64,000 nt of DNA. Origin: an uncultured delta proteobacterium (GTDB lineage: Bacteria; Myxococcota_A; Polyangia; Polyangiales; JAFGIB01). Under the pieces are notes generated by a model. It ran no database searches and had not been told where the DNA came from. It was given only the letters and a program-made list of their open reading frames with translations. The stretch covers positions 768,001 through 832,000 of the forward strand of contig CAVZVA010000005.1 in the NCBI GenBank assembly GCA_963778655.1, read 5' to 3'. The position numbers and the translations under genes were made by a program. This document shows, one piece after another, positions 1-8,963 of this stretch. Positions within the stretch are counted from its first letter, which is position 1, and each line of letters opens with the position of its first letter.

Positions 1-184
1 TGGCCGCCAGCAGATCGAGATCCGCGCGGGCCGCGGCAATGGCGGCGGCGGCCTCCGGCGTCTGCACCGCGGCCGGCGGCGGCGGCGCGTCGCGATTGCC
101 ATCGTCGACGTCGGCGTCGCGGGCAAAGGCAGCCGGGGGTGCCAGCAGTCCGAGGACGCACCCGAGCGCAGCAAGACGGCGCAT
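1..184 (-). CDS. Secreted protein, N-terminal part only (runs off the left edge)
   Basis: Manual translation from ATG at 184: MRRLAALGCVLGLLAPPAAFARDADVDDGNRDAPPPPAAVQTPEAAAAIAAARADLDLLAA; signal-peptide-like start, no stop in the window, absent from the ORF track. Confidence 0.6.
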   Translation of the reverse strand, partial: MRRLAALGCVLGLLAPPAAFARDADVDDGNRDAPPPPAAVQTPEAAAAIAAARADLDLLAA

Positions 185-272
185 GGGCCGGAGCGTAGCG
201 GCGACGCCGCGCTTGGTGCCAGAAACCTGGTCAAGCCGCGGTCATTCGCTCTACCCTGGGAGCCGTCGGAGC

Positions 273-1388
273 ATGCATCAGGGCGTCCAAGCATTGATTT
301 CTTGGATTTCCGAGAATACCGGAACGGCGGGCTTGAGCTTGCGGGGCCCGGCGACGGTCGCGGAGCTCAACCAGGTCGAAGACGCGCTGATGTCGCCGCT
401 GCCCACCGACCTGCGGTTGCTGCTCGGTCGTTGGAACGGCGGGCAGCTGCCCTCGGGCACGCTGCTCAGCGCGGGCGGCGAAGGCGAGGACAGCATGCTG
501 GGCGCGCTGCAGGGACTGGCGCGCAAGGCGGGACGGCCGAAGGGCGACGCGGAGCTGCCGCTGCCGTACTTCCGTACCGTCGACGGGCCGTTGCTCTCCT
601 TCGATCGCGGGGCCGGACCGGTCGCCGATACCTGGCCGATCGTGGATGGCACCTTCGAGGGCGAGCAGCGCCTGGTGCACCGCACCTTCGACGGCTGGTG
701 CCGGGTGTGCTTGCTGGAATGGAACGCGAGCGACTTCGCGCAGCCGTTCTCGCTGGAGAAGTATCTGGGCAGCGGGCGGCGTCATGTCCAGATCGAGCCC
801 GACGTGTCTTCGGCGCACGCGACCGTGGCGCACGCGCTCCGGCGCAGCGGCGAGCCGCTCGCCGCGCTCGCCAGCTACCTGCAAGCGGGCCGCTGCGTGC
901 CGCCCCTGCCGTGGTGCGATTGGGAAGCGCTCAAGCTTGCGCTGCTGCTCGGCGATACGGGATCGGCGATGGAAGCGGCGCGCAGGCTGTGCCAGCGTGC
1001 CCCCGCGGCGGCCTGGCGCGCGCGCGGCACCACGCCCGGTCAGGTGGCCGATGTGCTCGGCCTGCTCGCGCACGCGGTGGAGCCGGCCGACCCGCTGCTG
1101 CGCCTGCTGGACCAACTCGGGGCGCAGGCGCAGGGGGCCGAGCAACAGCACAGGATCGCCACCGTGCGGCGCGCCATCTTCAGCGGCGAGGCTCTGCCTC
1201 CGACGCAGGCGCCGCGCGCGCCCGCGATCGCGCCCCTGCCCGACCCCGCCGCCTTCTGGGACGCGCTCGAAGGCGCGTACCGCGAAGGCCGCGTCCGCGA
1301 CGAAGACCTGCTGCTCGAGCCGACCTACCGCCCCCTGGCCCGCCACCGCCCCCTCGCCGACCTGCTCAAGATCCGCCGCGACTTCTGA
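273..1388 (+). CDS. SMI1/KNR4 (SUKH)-family protein with C-terminal helical/TPR-like region
   Basis: N-terminal GPATVAELNQVEDALMSPLPTDLRLLLGRWNGG is the typical SUKH helix-LP-NG pattern; DTWPIVD/RTFDGW core; start moved to ATG 273. Confidence 0.75.
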   Translation: MHQGVQALISWISENTGTAGLSLRGPATVAELNQVEDALMSPLPTDLRLLLGRWNGGQLPSGTLLSAGGEGEDSMLGALQGLARKAGRPKGDAELPLPYFRTVDGPLLSFDRGAGPVADTWPIVDGTFEGEQRLVHRTFDGWCRVCLLEWNASDFAQPFSLEKYLGSGRRHVQIEPDVSSAHATVAHALRRSGEPLAALASYLQAGRCVPPLPWCDWEALKLALLLGDTGSAMEAARRLCQRAPAAAWRARGTTPGQVADVLGLLAHAVEPADPLLRLLDQLGAQAQGAEQQHRIATVRRAIFSGEALPPTQAPRAPAIAPLPDPAAFWDALEGAYREGRVRDEDLLLEPTYRPLARHRPLADLLKIRRDF

Positions 1389-1423
1389 AGCGGTCGCCCC
1401 ATCGATCGTTCCTCGATCGAAGC

Positions 1424-2317
1424 TCAGCCGCAGACGCGGTTGCGACCGCTTCTTTTGGCCTGATACAGCATCTCGTCGGCGGCCTTGTAGAACGCCTTCA
1501 GGTCCATGCCCTTCTTCAGCTCCGCCACGCCGATCGAGATGGTCACCTTGATCTGCTCGCCCTCGACCAGAAACGAGTGCTGCTCCACCAGCCCGCGCAG
1601 CTCCTCGGCGATCTTGATCGCGCCAGCAAGCGGCGTCTCGGGCAGCACCGCGCAGAACTCCTCGCCGCCGTAGCGGCCGAGCTCATCGTCGGGACGCAAG
1701 CGCTTCTCCAGAATGCTCGCCAGGTCGCGGAGCACCGAGTCGCCAGCCAGATGCCCATAGGTGTCGTTGACGTTCTTGAAGTGATCGATGTCGATCATCA
1801 ACGCGGAGAGCTCGCGCTCGTGTCGCAGCGCCCGCGGGATCTCCTTGGCCAGCACGTTGTCGAGCTGCTTCTTGTTGCTGACGTCGGTGAGCCCGTCCGT
1901 GATCGTCATGTTGAAGATCGTCTCGTGGTACTGGGCTTCCACGTCCGATCCGGACAGGTACTTGAAGATCGTGTCGCCGATCTTGAGCTGGTCTCCGCGG
2001 CGCAGCTGGCAGGCGGACACGGGCTCGGGCTCGTCGTTGACGAAGGTGCCGTTGGTCGAGTCGAGGTCGACCACGTAGAAGTACCCGTCGCGATGCTCGA
2101 CCTTGGCGTGCCGCCGCGAAACGCTGTCGCTGTCGAGCACGATGTCGTTGTCGCGGTCGCGCCCGATGCTGGTCAGCTCCTTGTGGAGCACGTGCCGCTT
2201 TCCGAGATCGGACTGTACTGGCGCGTAAATCACCACCAGGCAGTCGTCGCCCTTGCGCTTGACCTTGAGCTCCTCGAGCGTCGTTACTCGGGTCTTGATG
2301 TCGTGATCAGAGTCCAC
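1424..2317 (-). CDS. FHA-domain diguanylate cyclase (FHA-GGDEF, Bdellovibrio DgcB-like architecture)
   Basis: FHA motifs IGR, VSRRHA, DLDSTNGTFVN; GGDEF motifs DGLT, DIDHFKNVNDTYGHLAGD, RPDD I-site, RYGGEEF, AKRSGRNRV; GTG start. Confidence 0.93.
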   Translation of the reverse strand: MDSDHDIKTRVTTLEELKVKRKGDDCLVVIYAPVQSDLGKRHVLHKELTSIGRDRDNDIVLDSDSVSRRHAKVEHRDGYFYVVDLDSTNGTFVNDEPEPVSACQLRRGDQLKIGDTIFKYLSGSDVEAQYHETIFNMTITDGLTDVSNKKQLDNVLAKEIPRALRHERELSALMIDIDHFKNVNDTYGHLAGDSVLRDLASILEKRLRPDDELGRYGGEEFCAVLPETPLAGAIKIAEELRGLVEQHSFLVEGEQIKVTISIGVAELKKGMDLKAFYKAADEMLYQAKRSGRNRVCG

Positions 2318-2532
2318 TTGCGTACAATTCTGGGCGGCCCCAGACCAAAACGGGCCTCTCCAAGCGTACTGCCTCCGGCATTAGCCAGTCCAGCTCGTGC
2401 ATCGGGACCGCGCCGGCCGCTCCGCATGCCGCGGCCCTGACACCGTACCTCGGCCTACGCTGTCGCACACCGGCCTTTGGGTATCGGATGCGCACCGCGA
2501 GCGTGAGCGAGCCGCACTCCGGCGCGCGAGCG

Positions 2533-2562
2533 TTGACATGCCGCGAACCGCCGGAATACTAC
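2533..2562 (+). promoter_or_regulatory. Possible sigma70 promoter of the HD-GYP gene
   Basis: TTGACA at 2533-2538 followed 16-18 nt later by AATACT/TACTAC, about 80 nt upstream of ATG 2641. Confidence 0.4.
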
Positions 2563-2640
2563 TAAAGCACCGGTTGTGGTGCCGGCAACGCAGGTTCTGA
2601 CGCCGCATCGCGGCGCGCTGCGCGCGTGATTCAGGGCTGA

Positions 2641-4167
2641 ATGCACGAAACCAGGCCTGCCGACGAAATCAGCGCCGCCGCCGCGAGCGACACGCCGACC
2701 ATTCTGGTGGTCGACGACGAGCACGTCATTCGCGAGATCCTGGCCGACTTCCTCACCATGGAGGGATTCAACGTGCGCACGGCCAAGGACGGTCAGGCCG
2801 CGCTCGGCGAGCTCTCGCGCATGCGCTTCGACCTGGTGTTGAGCGACCTCAAGATGCCCAACCTGGGGGGCATCGAGCTGCTCGAGGCGATCTCGTTGCA
2901 CACCCCCAACGTGATCACCATCATCATGACGGGCTTCGGCACCGTGGAAACCGCGATCGATGCGATGAAGCGCGGCGCCTACGACTACATCATGAAGCCG
3001 TTCAAGATGGAGGAAGTCGTCCACACCGTGCGGCGGGGCCTGGAGCGCAAGAAGCTGCAGGCCGAGAATCTGCGGCTCAAAGAAGCGCTGTCTCTGTACA
3101 AGGTGAGCGAGGCAATCGCCAACAGCCTTTCGCTGGACGAGGTCATCGGCACGGTGATCAACGCGGCGATCGACGAGGTCGACGCCGACGCTGTGATGGT
3201 GCTGCTCGACGACGGCGAGGGTGGGTTCTTCGAGCGCGCCCGGGTGATGAATCCCGACTTCCATCCAGGCCCGGAGTTCGATCTCGGCAAGCTGTCGGTC
3301 GAGGGGCTGGAGCAGCACTTCAAGGACGAACGACGGCTGAAGGTCCACGGACGGCAGGGCCTGCAGTTCTTCGCCGAGCCCCCGCGCGGCGTCGAGCTCG
3401 CATCGCTGATGGCGACGCACATGACGATGACGGCGCGAGCGATCGGCTACATGGTCGTGTGCAGCTTCACGCCGGGCAAGATCTTCGACGAAGGCCAGCG
3501 CAAGCTGCTGCGCATCGTGGCCGATCGGGCCGCGGCCTCGATCGAGAACGCCAAGCTCTACGAGAATCTCAAGGGGACCTTCCGCCAGACGATCCGCGGC
3601 CTGGCGAGCGCCATCGACAAGATGGACCGCTACACCTCGGGCCACTCCGAGCGCGTGGCCGCGTACTCGCAGTTGCTCGCGATCAAGCTCGGGCTGCCCG
3701 AGCCGCAGATCGAGATCGTGCGACAGTCGGCGTTGATGCACGACATCGGCAAGATCGGTTGCGTGCTCAACCTCAACAAGCCCGGCATCCTGAGCGAGCG
3801 CGAGTATGAGATCTTCAAGCGCCATCCCGGGTACGGCAAGGACATCCTGCAGCCGATCGAATTCCTGCAGCCGTTGATCCCGGGCGTGCACTGCCACCAC
3901 GAGCGCTGGGACGGGAACGGCTATCCGCTGGGGCTCGAGGGCAAGGACATTCCGATGATGGCGCGCATCATCTCGGTCGCCGACGTCTACGACGCGATGA
4001 CCAGCGATCGCGCCTACCGCAAGGCCCTGCCGCACGCCGCCACGGTTTCCGAGATCACACGCTGCGCCGGCAGCCAGTTCGATCCCGCGCTTGCGCTCGA
4101 GTTCGTCGAGGTGATCGAGGCGCACCGCAGGGATTGCCTCGAGCGCGGCGAACCCCTGCCCGAGTGA
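2641..4167 (+). CDS. Response regulator REC-GAF-HD-GYP cyclic-dinucleotide phosphodiesterase
   Basis: REC (ILVVDDE, SDLKMP, MTGFG, KPF); GAF-like middle; YTSGHSERVA, MHDIGKIG, HHERWDGNGYP, VADVYDAMTSDRAYR. Confidence 0.93.
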   Translation: MHETRPADEISAAAASDTPTILVVDDEHVIREILADFLTMEGFNVRTAKDGQAALGELSRMRFDLVLSDLKMPNLGGIELLEAISLHTPNVITIIMTGFGTVETAIDAMKRGAYDYIMKPFKMEEVVHTVRRGLERKKLQAENLRLKEALSLYKVSEAIANSLSLDEVIGTVINAAIDEVDADAVMVLLDDGEGGFFERARVMNPDFHPGPEFDLGKLSVEGLEQHFKDERRLKVHGRQGLQFFAEPPRGVELASLMATHMTMTARAIGYMVVCSFTPGKIFDEGQRKLLRIVADRAAASIENAKLYENLKGTFRQTIRGLASAIDKMDRYTSGHSERVAAYSQLLAIKLGLPEPQIEIVRQSALMHDIGKIGCVLNLNKPGILSEREYEIFKRHPGYGKDILQPIEFLQPLIPGVHCHHERWDGNGYPLGLEGKDIPMMARIISVADVYDAMTSDRAYRKALPHAATVSEITRCAGSQFDPALALEFVEVIEAHRRDCLERGEPLPE

Positions 4168-4240
4168 GCGGCGCCAGCGTGTCCCGCGGAACGGATTGAG
4201 TAGCAAGAGGGGACGAAAGCGCCGCCCGGCCGCGGCCGCC

Positions 4241-5983
4241 TCAGCCGCCGTGTGCTTCGCCGTCGCTGCGCCGTCGATCCGGCTCGGGCTCGGCCGCGGG
4301 CTCGGCGGCCTTCGCAGCCGCGGTTTTGGGCTCGGGCGGCGGTGGCCGCTGGCTGCCATCCGGGCCCTCGGTCGCGCTGGAGTCGGCGTCGCCCGCTTCC
4401 TCCTGCCAAGGATAGCGAATGCGGGTGTGGCGGATGCGGACCAGCGTGTCGGCAATGCGGTTGGAGAGCACGCGCAGGTCGCTGAGGCTCAGGCCCGAGG
4501 CGTCGAGCTGCCCCTGGCGGAGCTTGCTGAAGATCACCCGCTGCACCAGCTGCTCGAATGCGTCGTGCGTGGGAGGATCGACCGTGCGCGCGCCGGCTTC
4601 GATCGAGTCGATCAACATCAGGATCGCCGTCTCCTTGGTGCGCGGCGCCATCCCGGGATAGCGGAACGTGCTGTCGTCTAGCCCCTTCGGGTTTCCCTGG
4701 CGTTGACACTTGTGCCAGAAGTACTCGATCAAGCTCGTGCCATGGTGCGTGTACACGAACTCGACCACCGGCTCCGGGATGCCGCCCTCGCGCAGGATGC
4801 GCACGCCCTCGATCACGTGCGCCATGATCGCGTCCGCGCTCACGTCTGGGTCGAGCTCCTCGTGCGGACTGACCTCGCCCGCGGCCAGATTCTCGACGTA
4901 GTACTTGGCCTGGCAGGTCTTGCCGAGGTCGTGATAGTAGGCGCCCGTGCGCGTCAACAGGGCGTCGGCGTGGATCGACGCGGCCGCGGCCTCCGCCAGG
5001 TTGGCCATCGCGCGCGAGTGCTCCCACGAGCCCGGTGCCTCGGCCGCCATCTTCTTGAGCAGCGGCTGATCGAGGTCGGTCAGGTTGAGCAGCTGGCCGC
5101 GCGACAGCACACCGAGCAGGCGCGACACCAGCGGCTGCAGCAGCAGCGCCAGCACGCCGGCGGCCAGGCCCGAAATCAGCGCCGCCGGGGGGCCCGAATT
5201 CCAGCGATCACCGAGTGCCGCCTGCAGCGAGAAGCCGTCGAAGATCTCCTTGGCGGCGATGTACACCGCGCAGCCCGAAAGGCCGGCGAGCAGGCCGGCC
5301 GCGATCAGCGCGAAGGTGCGCTTGCGCTCCTTCAGGTACATCGAGCCGGCTGCGCAACTGGTGAAGTAGGTGGCGCACACGATCGGATCGTAGGACACGA
5401 GCGAGGCGCTGATCAGCGCCATCACCGCGCTCATCAGCATGCCCGTGCGCCGGTCCAGGTAGAACGAGGCCCACAACGGCACCAGCGCGATCGGAACCAT
5501 GTGCGCCGAGACGTTCGTAAACAGCAGCAAGGCCTTGTTGCCGACCAGGAACAACAAGGCGAGCGTGACCAGACCGACCTGCGTGCGCAGCAACGTCCCC
5601 TGCCGCGCGGTGCCCTTGCGGAGGTAGGTGGTCATCATCAGCAGCACCAAGAAGTGCACCAAGAAGGATGCCGCCAGGTGGGTCAGGCGCGGCGGCCTTC
5701 GACCCCGCTCGTAGGAGCGCACCAGCGTGGCGAGGTTCTTGTCGGTGACGACCTCGCCGCGCGGGACGGTGTGAGTGACGGTGGCGAACTGCTGGCCGGA
5801 CGAGTCGGCCGTGCGGAGCGTGGTGCGCGGCAATCGCAGGCTGATCGGCGCCGGTTGCGTCGGGTCCACCCGCCAGGGCTCGAAGAAGGTCTCTCCGAAG
5901 TTGGCAAACGTGAGCACCGTGGCGAACACGGCGCTGAGCACGAAGCCGGAGATGGGTCCGGCGATCAGTCGAGTGCGCAGCAT
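4241..5983 (-). CDS. 7TM-HD phosphohydrolase, PgpH/YqfF-like (putative c-di-AMP phosphodiesterase)
   Basis: Multiple TM helices, then APGSWEHS, YYHDLGK, YYVEN, HHGTSL.YFW, FRYPG..P.TKE.AILML.DSIEA; start set at ATG 5983. Confidence 0.88.
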   Translation of the reverse strand: MLRTRLIAGPISGFVLSAVFATVLTFANFGETFFEPWRVDPTQPAPISLRLPRTTLRTADSSGQQFATVTHTVPRGEVVTDKNLATLVRSYERGRRPPRLTHLAASFLVHFLVLLMMTTYLRKGTARQGTLLRTQVGLVTLALLFLVGNKALLLFTNVSAHMVPIALVPLWASFYLDRRTGMLMSAVMALISASLVSYDPIVCATYFTSCAAGSMYLKERKRTFALIAAGLLAGLSGCAVYIAAKEIFDGFSLQAALGDRWNSGPPAALISGLAAGVLALLLQPLVSRLLGVLSRGQLLNLTDLDQPLLKKMAAEAPGSWEHSRAMANLAEAAAASIHADALLTRTGAYYHDLGKTCQAKYYVENLAAGEVSPHEELDPDVSADAIMAHVIEGVRILREGGIPEPVVEFVYTHHGTSLIEYFWHKCQRQGNPKGLDDSTFRYPGMAPRTKETAILMLIDSIEAGARTVDPPTHDAFEQLVQRVIFSKLRQGQLDASGLSLSDLRVLSNRIADTLVRIRHTRIRYPWQEEAGDADSSATEGPDGSQRPPPPEPKTAAAKAAEPAAEPEPDRRRSDGEAHGG

Positions 5984-5997
5984 GGAGGCCGAGCGAG

Positions 5998-7464
5998 ATG
6001 ACGCGGCCACGCTACACCCTTTTGGCCGAGCGCGCACGCGCGCGCGCGCCCGAGCTGGCGGCGCTGGGTGTGCTTGTCGTTGGAGCGCTGGCCTGGCCTT
6101 ACACGGTGGACGACGCGTTCATCACCGCGCGCTACGCGCGCAATCTGGCGGCCGGCTTCGGCTACGCGATGAATCCGCACCAGCCCAGCGACGGCGTGAC
6201 CGCGCCGCTGTGGCTGCTGCCGCAGTGGCTCGCGATCCGCGCCGGCGCGAGCGAGCTGGCGTTCGCCAAGGGCCTGGGCCTGGGCTGCGCCGTGCTGGCG
6301 AGCTGGTTCGTGCTGCACAGGCTGCGCGCGCGCTGCGGAGGAGGCGGGGCGGCCTGCGCGGCTGTGCCGTTGCTCGTGCTCTCGCCCTCGCTCGGCACCT
6401 GGGGCAGCGCAGGCTTGGAGACCGGCGCTGCCACGCTGGCTCTGACTGCGGCCGCGCTCGCCGCCACGCACAGACCGCAGCCGGCGGGCGCGCTGCTGGG
6501 CGGCTGCGTGGCCGCGCTGGCGTGGCTGCGCCCGGAGCTCGCGCTGCCCTGCGCCGTGCTGCTGGCGCATGCGCTGTGGCGCAGCCGAGCGGCCGGCTTG
6601 CGTGCGCTTGCGCTTGCGCTGCTCGGCGCGGTCAGTGTGGCGGCGTTTCGCGCGCTGGCGTTCGGGCACCTGCTGCCGCTGGCCTTCGAGGCCAAGGCCG
6701 GCTCGCTCGCGTACGGCCTGCGCTACACCGCGCAGAGCGTGGTGCTGGCGAGCTCGCTCGCGGGCATCGCGCTGGCGTATCTGGGCGCGCGATGTGGCCG
6801 CAGCGATGATCGCGCGCTCGGCTTCATGCTGCTGGCGCTGCTGGCTGCGCTGGTGTTGTGCGGCGGCGACTGGATGCCGGGCTACCGACTGCTCGTGCCC
6901 GGACTGCCGGCGTACGCGCTGCTGTGCGGCGTGGGCGTGGTGCGCTGCTGCGCGCGCCGGCCGTGGCTACGCGCGGCGCTGCTGACGTGCGCCTGCGTGG
7001 TACCCGCGGCCGACCTCGCCACCCGCGTGCCCGAGCTGCGGCAGAGCGCGCGGGTTCGCGAGCGCGCGCGGCCGCTGGCGCGCTGGCTGCACGAGCACGC
7101 GCGCTGCGTCGCGCTGGTCGACGTCGGCTACCTCGGCTACCAGAGCGGTGTGGAGGTGGTGGACCTCGGCGGGCTGACCGACCCGCGCATTGCCCGCATG
7201 CCCGGGAGCCACCTCAGCAAGCGCATCGAGCCCGGCTACCTCGCCGCGCGCGATCCGGACGCAATCGTGCTGCACAGCACGCTTCCACCGCGCGTCGGCG
7301 CGGACGGACGCTTGCTCGCATTTGCGGGCTTCGCGGTGGAGCAGCGGCTGGCTCGGCTGCCGTTCGTGCGCACGCGCTTCCGAGTCGACCACGTGCTGGC
7401 GTACGCGCCGCGCTACTACTACATCGTGCTGCGGCGCACGCTCACGGCTGCCCGCGGTAGGTGA
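5998..7464 (+). CDS. Polytopic GT-C-like membrane protein (AftB/arabinofuranosyltransferase-like)
   Basis: DDAFITARYARNL..G.G, GVTAPLW, GLET, LRPE, GGDWMPGYRLLVP, DLGGLTD motifs; many TM segments. Confidence 0.7.
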   Translation: MTRPRYTLLAERARARAPELAALGVLVVGALAWPYTVDDAFITARYARNLAAGFGYAMNPHQPSDGVTAPLWLLPQWLAIRAGASELAFAKGLGLGCAVLASWFVLHRLRARCGGGGAACAAVPLLVLSPSLGTWGSAGLETGAATLALTAAALAATHRPQPAGALLGGCVAALAWLRPELALPCAVLLAHALWRSRAAGLRALALALLGAVSVAAFRALAFGHLLPLAFEAKAGSLAYGLRYTAQSVVLASSLAGIALAYLGARCGRSDDRALGFMLLALLAALVLCGGDWMPGYRLLVPGLPAYALLCGVGVVRCCARRPWLRAALLTCACVVPAADLATRVPELRQSARVRERARPLARWLHEHARCVALVDVGYLGYQSGVEVVDLGGLTDPRIARMPGSHLSKRIEPGYLAARDPDAIVLHSTLPPRVGADGRLLAFAGFAVEQRLARLPFVRTRFRVDHVLAYAPRYYYIVLRRTLTAARGR

Positions 7465-8287
7465 ACGCCAGCAGCGGAACGCCCAGCAGGTCGAAGAGGG
7501 TGGGCGCGGCCAGGCGGACGCGGCGATCGTTCTTGAGCGCGCGCAGGAACGCGAGGTCGAGCGCCCAGCTCGGGTGTGCGCTGATGCGCGCGCCGTAGCC
7601 GGCGACGTACAGCGGCAGGTCGATCAACGGCAGCTTGCGCGCCGCGTTGAACAGCGTGCTGTACTCGAGCAGCAGGCTGACGTCCGAGGAAACCCGGGCG
7701 GTGAAGCCCGCGCCCAGGCCGAGCGGCAATATGGTGTCGGGCTCGTCGTGTGCAACCACCATCGCCGCCAGGCTCAGGCTGGTACGGCACGCCCGCTCGA
7801 AACAGATCTGCGCGTCGGCCCCGACGCGGCCGAAGACCAGGGCGCTGCCGGTCTGACCGTGGATGTAGTCGGCGCTGCTCTGCAGCGCGAGCCGCAGCAC
7901 GCGGCTGCGCAGAACGTTCGCCTTGAGGCTCAGCTCGACGAAGCCGCTGCGCAGATTGGTGGTGCCGGTGATCGAGGCGTGGAGGCGATCGGTGAAGGCG
8001 TAGCCAGCGGAGAGCAGCACGATTTCGTAGCTCGACGCGAACAGCGTGCCTTTTGGCTGCGTCTCCGCGGTGGGCACCACCAGGACGCGGTCGGCGTGCG
8101 CGTCGGTGTGGCGCGCGCTCAGCGGCGGCTGGGCCGCGGCGGCCGGCGAAGGCTCGGGTGCGGGAGCGGCGGGCGGGGCTTGTCCGCGCGCCGCGCTGGC
8201 GATCAGCGACGCCAGCGCGACGAGACCCAGCGCGAGATCGGCTCGGCCCCGCGCTTTGGCGGCTCTCGGCGCAAGACTTTCGGGCAT
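7442..8287 (-). CDS. Secreted hypothetical protein, probable outer-membrane beta-barrel
   Basis: Signal-peptide-like segment, Pro/Ala linker, alternating amphipathic strands (PTAETQPKG, LSAGYAFTD, AGYGARI), aromatic C-terminal strand LAFTYR; start uncertain. Confidence 0.55.
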   Translation of the reverse strand: MPESLAPRAAKARGRADLALGLVALASLIASAARGQAPPAAPAPEPSPAAAAQPPLSARHTDAHADRVLVVPTAETQPKGTLFASSYEIVLLSAGYAFTDRLHASITGTTNLRSGFVELSLKANVLRSRVLRLALQSSADYIHGQTGSALVFGRVGADAQICFERACRTSLSLAAMVVAHDEPDTILPLGLGAGFTARVSSDVSLLLEYSTLFNAARKLPLIDLPLYVAGYGARISAHPSWALDLAFLRALKNDRRVRLAAPTLFDLLGVPLLAFTYRGQP

Positions 8288-8373
8288 GCCCGGTCGCACT
8301 GATGATGCACCACGCGATCGGGTGGCGTCAGCATTTGCGAGCGTGCTCCCTTCGGTGGCAAGCTACTGCGGTT

Positions 8374-8943
8374 ATGCCCTCGTCACTGGCCCCGGGCTTT
8401 TTGGTCGCCGCGCCGTCCTTGCTCGACCCGAACTTCAGGCGGTCGGTCGTGCTGCTGGTCGAGCACCTGCCGGAGGGCTCGCTCGGCTTCGTGGTCAACC
8501 GGCCGGCGGACGTGGAGCTGCGCTCGATGCTGGACCAACTCGGGCTCACCGCGTCCGCCTCGCAGCGCCTGCGATCGCCCGTGCTGGTCGGCGGACCCGT
8601 TCTGCCGCAGAGAGGCTGGGTGGTGTTCGAGCAGGGACGGGTCAGCGCCGGTAGCGACGACGTCGTGCGCATCTCGGATCGGCTGGCGGCCAGCGCCTCG
8701 CGCGAGTTGCTTGAGGCGCTGATCTGCGACGACGGTCCGGAGCGCATGCTGCTAATCCTCGGCTACGCGGGTTGGGGGCCGGGGCAGCTCGACGCCGAGA
8801 TCGCGCAGGGTGCGTGGATTCCCGTCGACTTCGACGAACGCATCGTGTTCGACACGCCCTTCGACGACCGCTGGTCGAGCACCTTGCGCATTCTCGGCAT
8901 CGATCCGGCGCGGCTCTCGATGGGGACGCCCTCGGAGAGCTGA
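8374..8943 (+). CDS. YqgE/AlgH (UPF0301) family protein
   Basis: [49 protein letters not shown]. Confidence 0.93.
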   Translation: MPSSLAPGFLVAAPSLLDPNFRRSVVLLVEHLPEGSLGFVVNRPADVELRSMLDQLGLTASASQRLRSPVLVGGPVLPQRGWVVFEQGRVSAGSDDVVRISDRLAASASRELLEALICDDGPERMLLILGYAGWGPGQLDAEIAQGAWIPVDFDERIVFDTPFDDRWSSTLRILGIDPARLSMGTPSES

Positions 8944-8963
8944 GCGCCGGCCCGCCGGAACGC

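Noticed and set aside
2318..2640. c-di-GMP riboswitch between the cyclase and phosphodiesterase genes
   Set aside because: Only a GCCTCCGG fragment resembles class I; the GGCAAA/GAAA/GCAAA elements are missing
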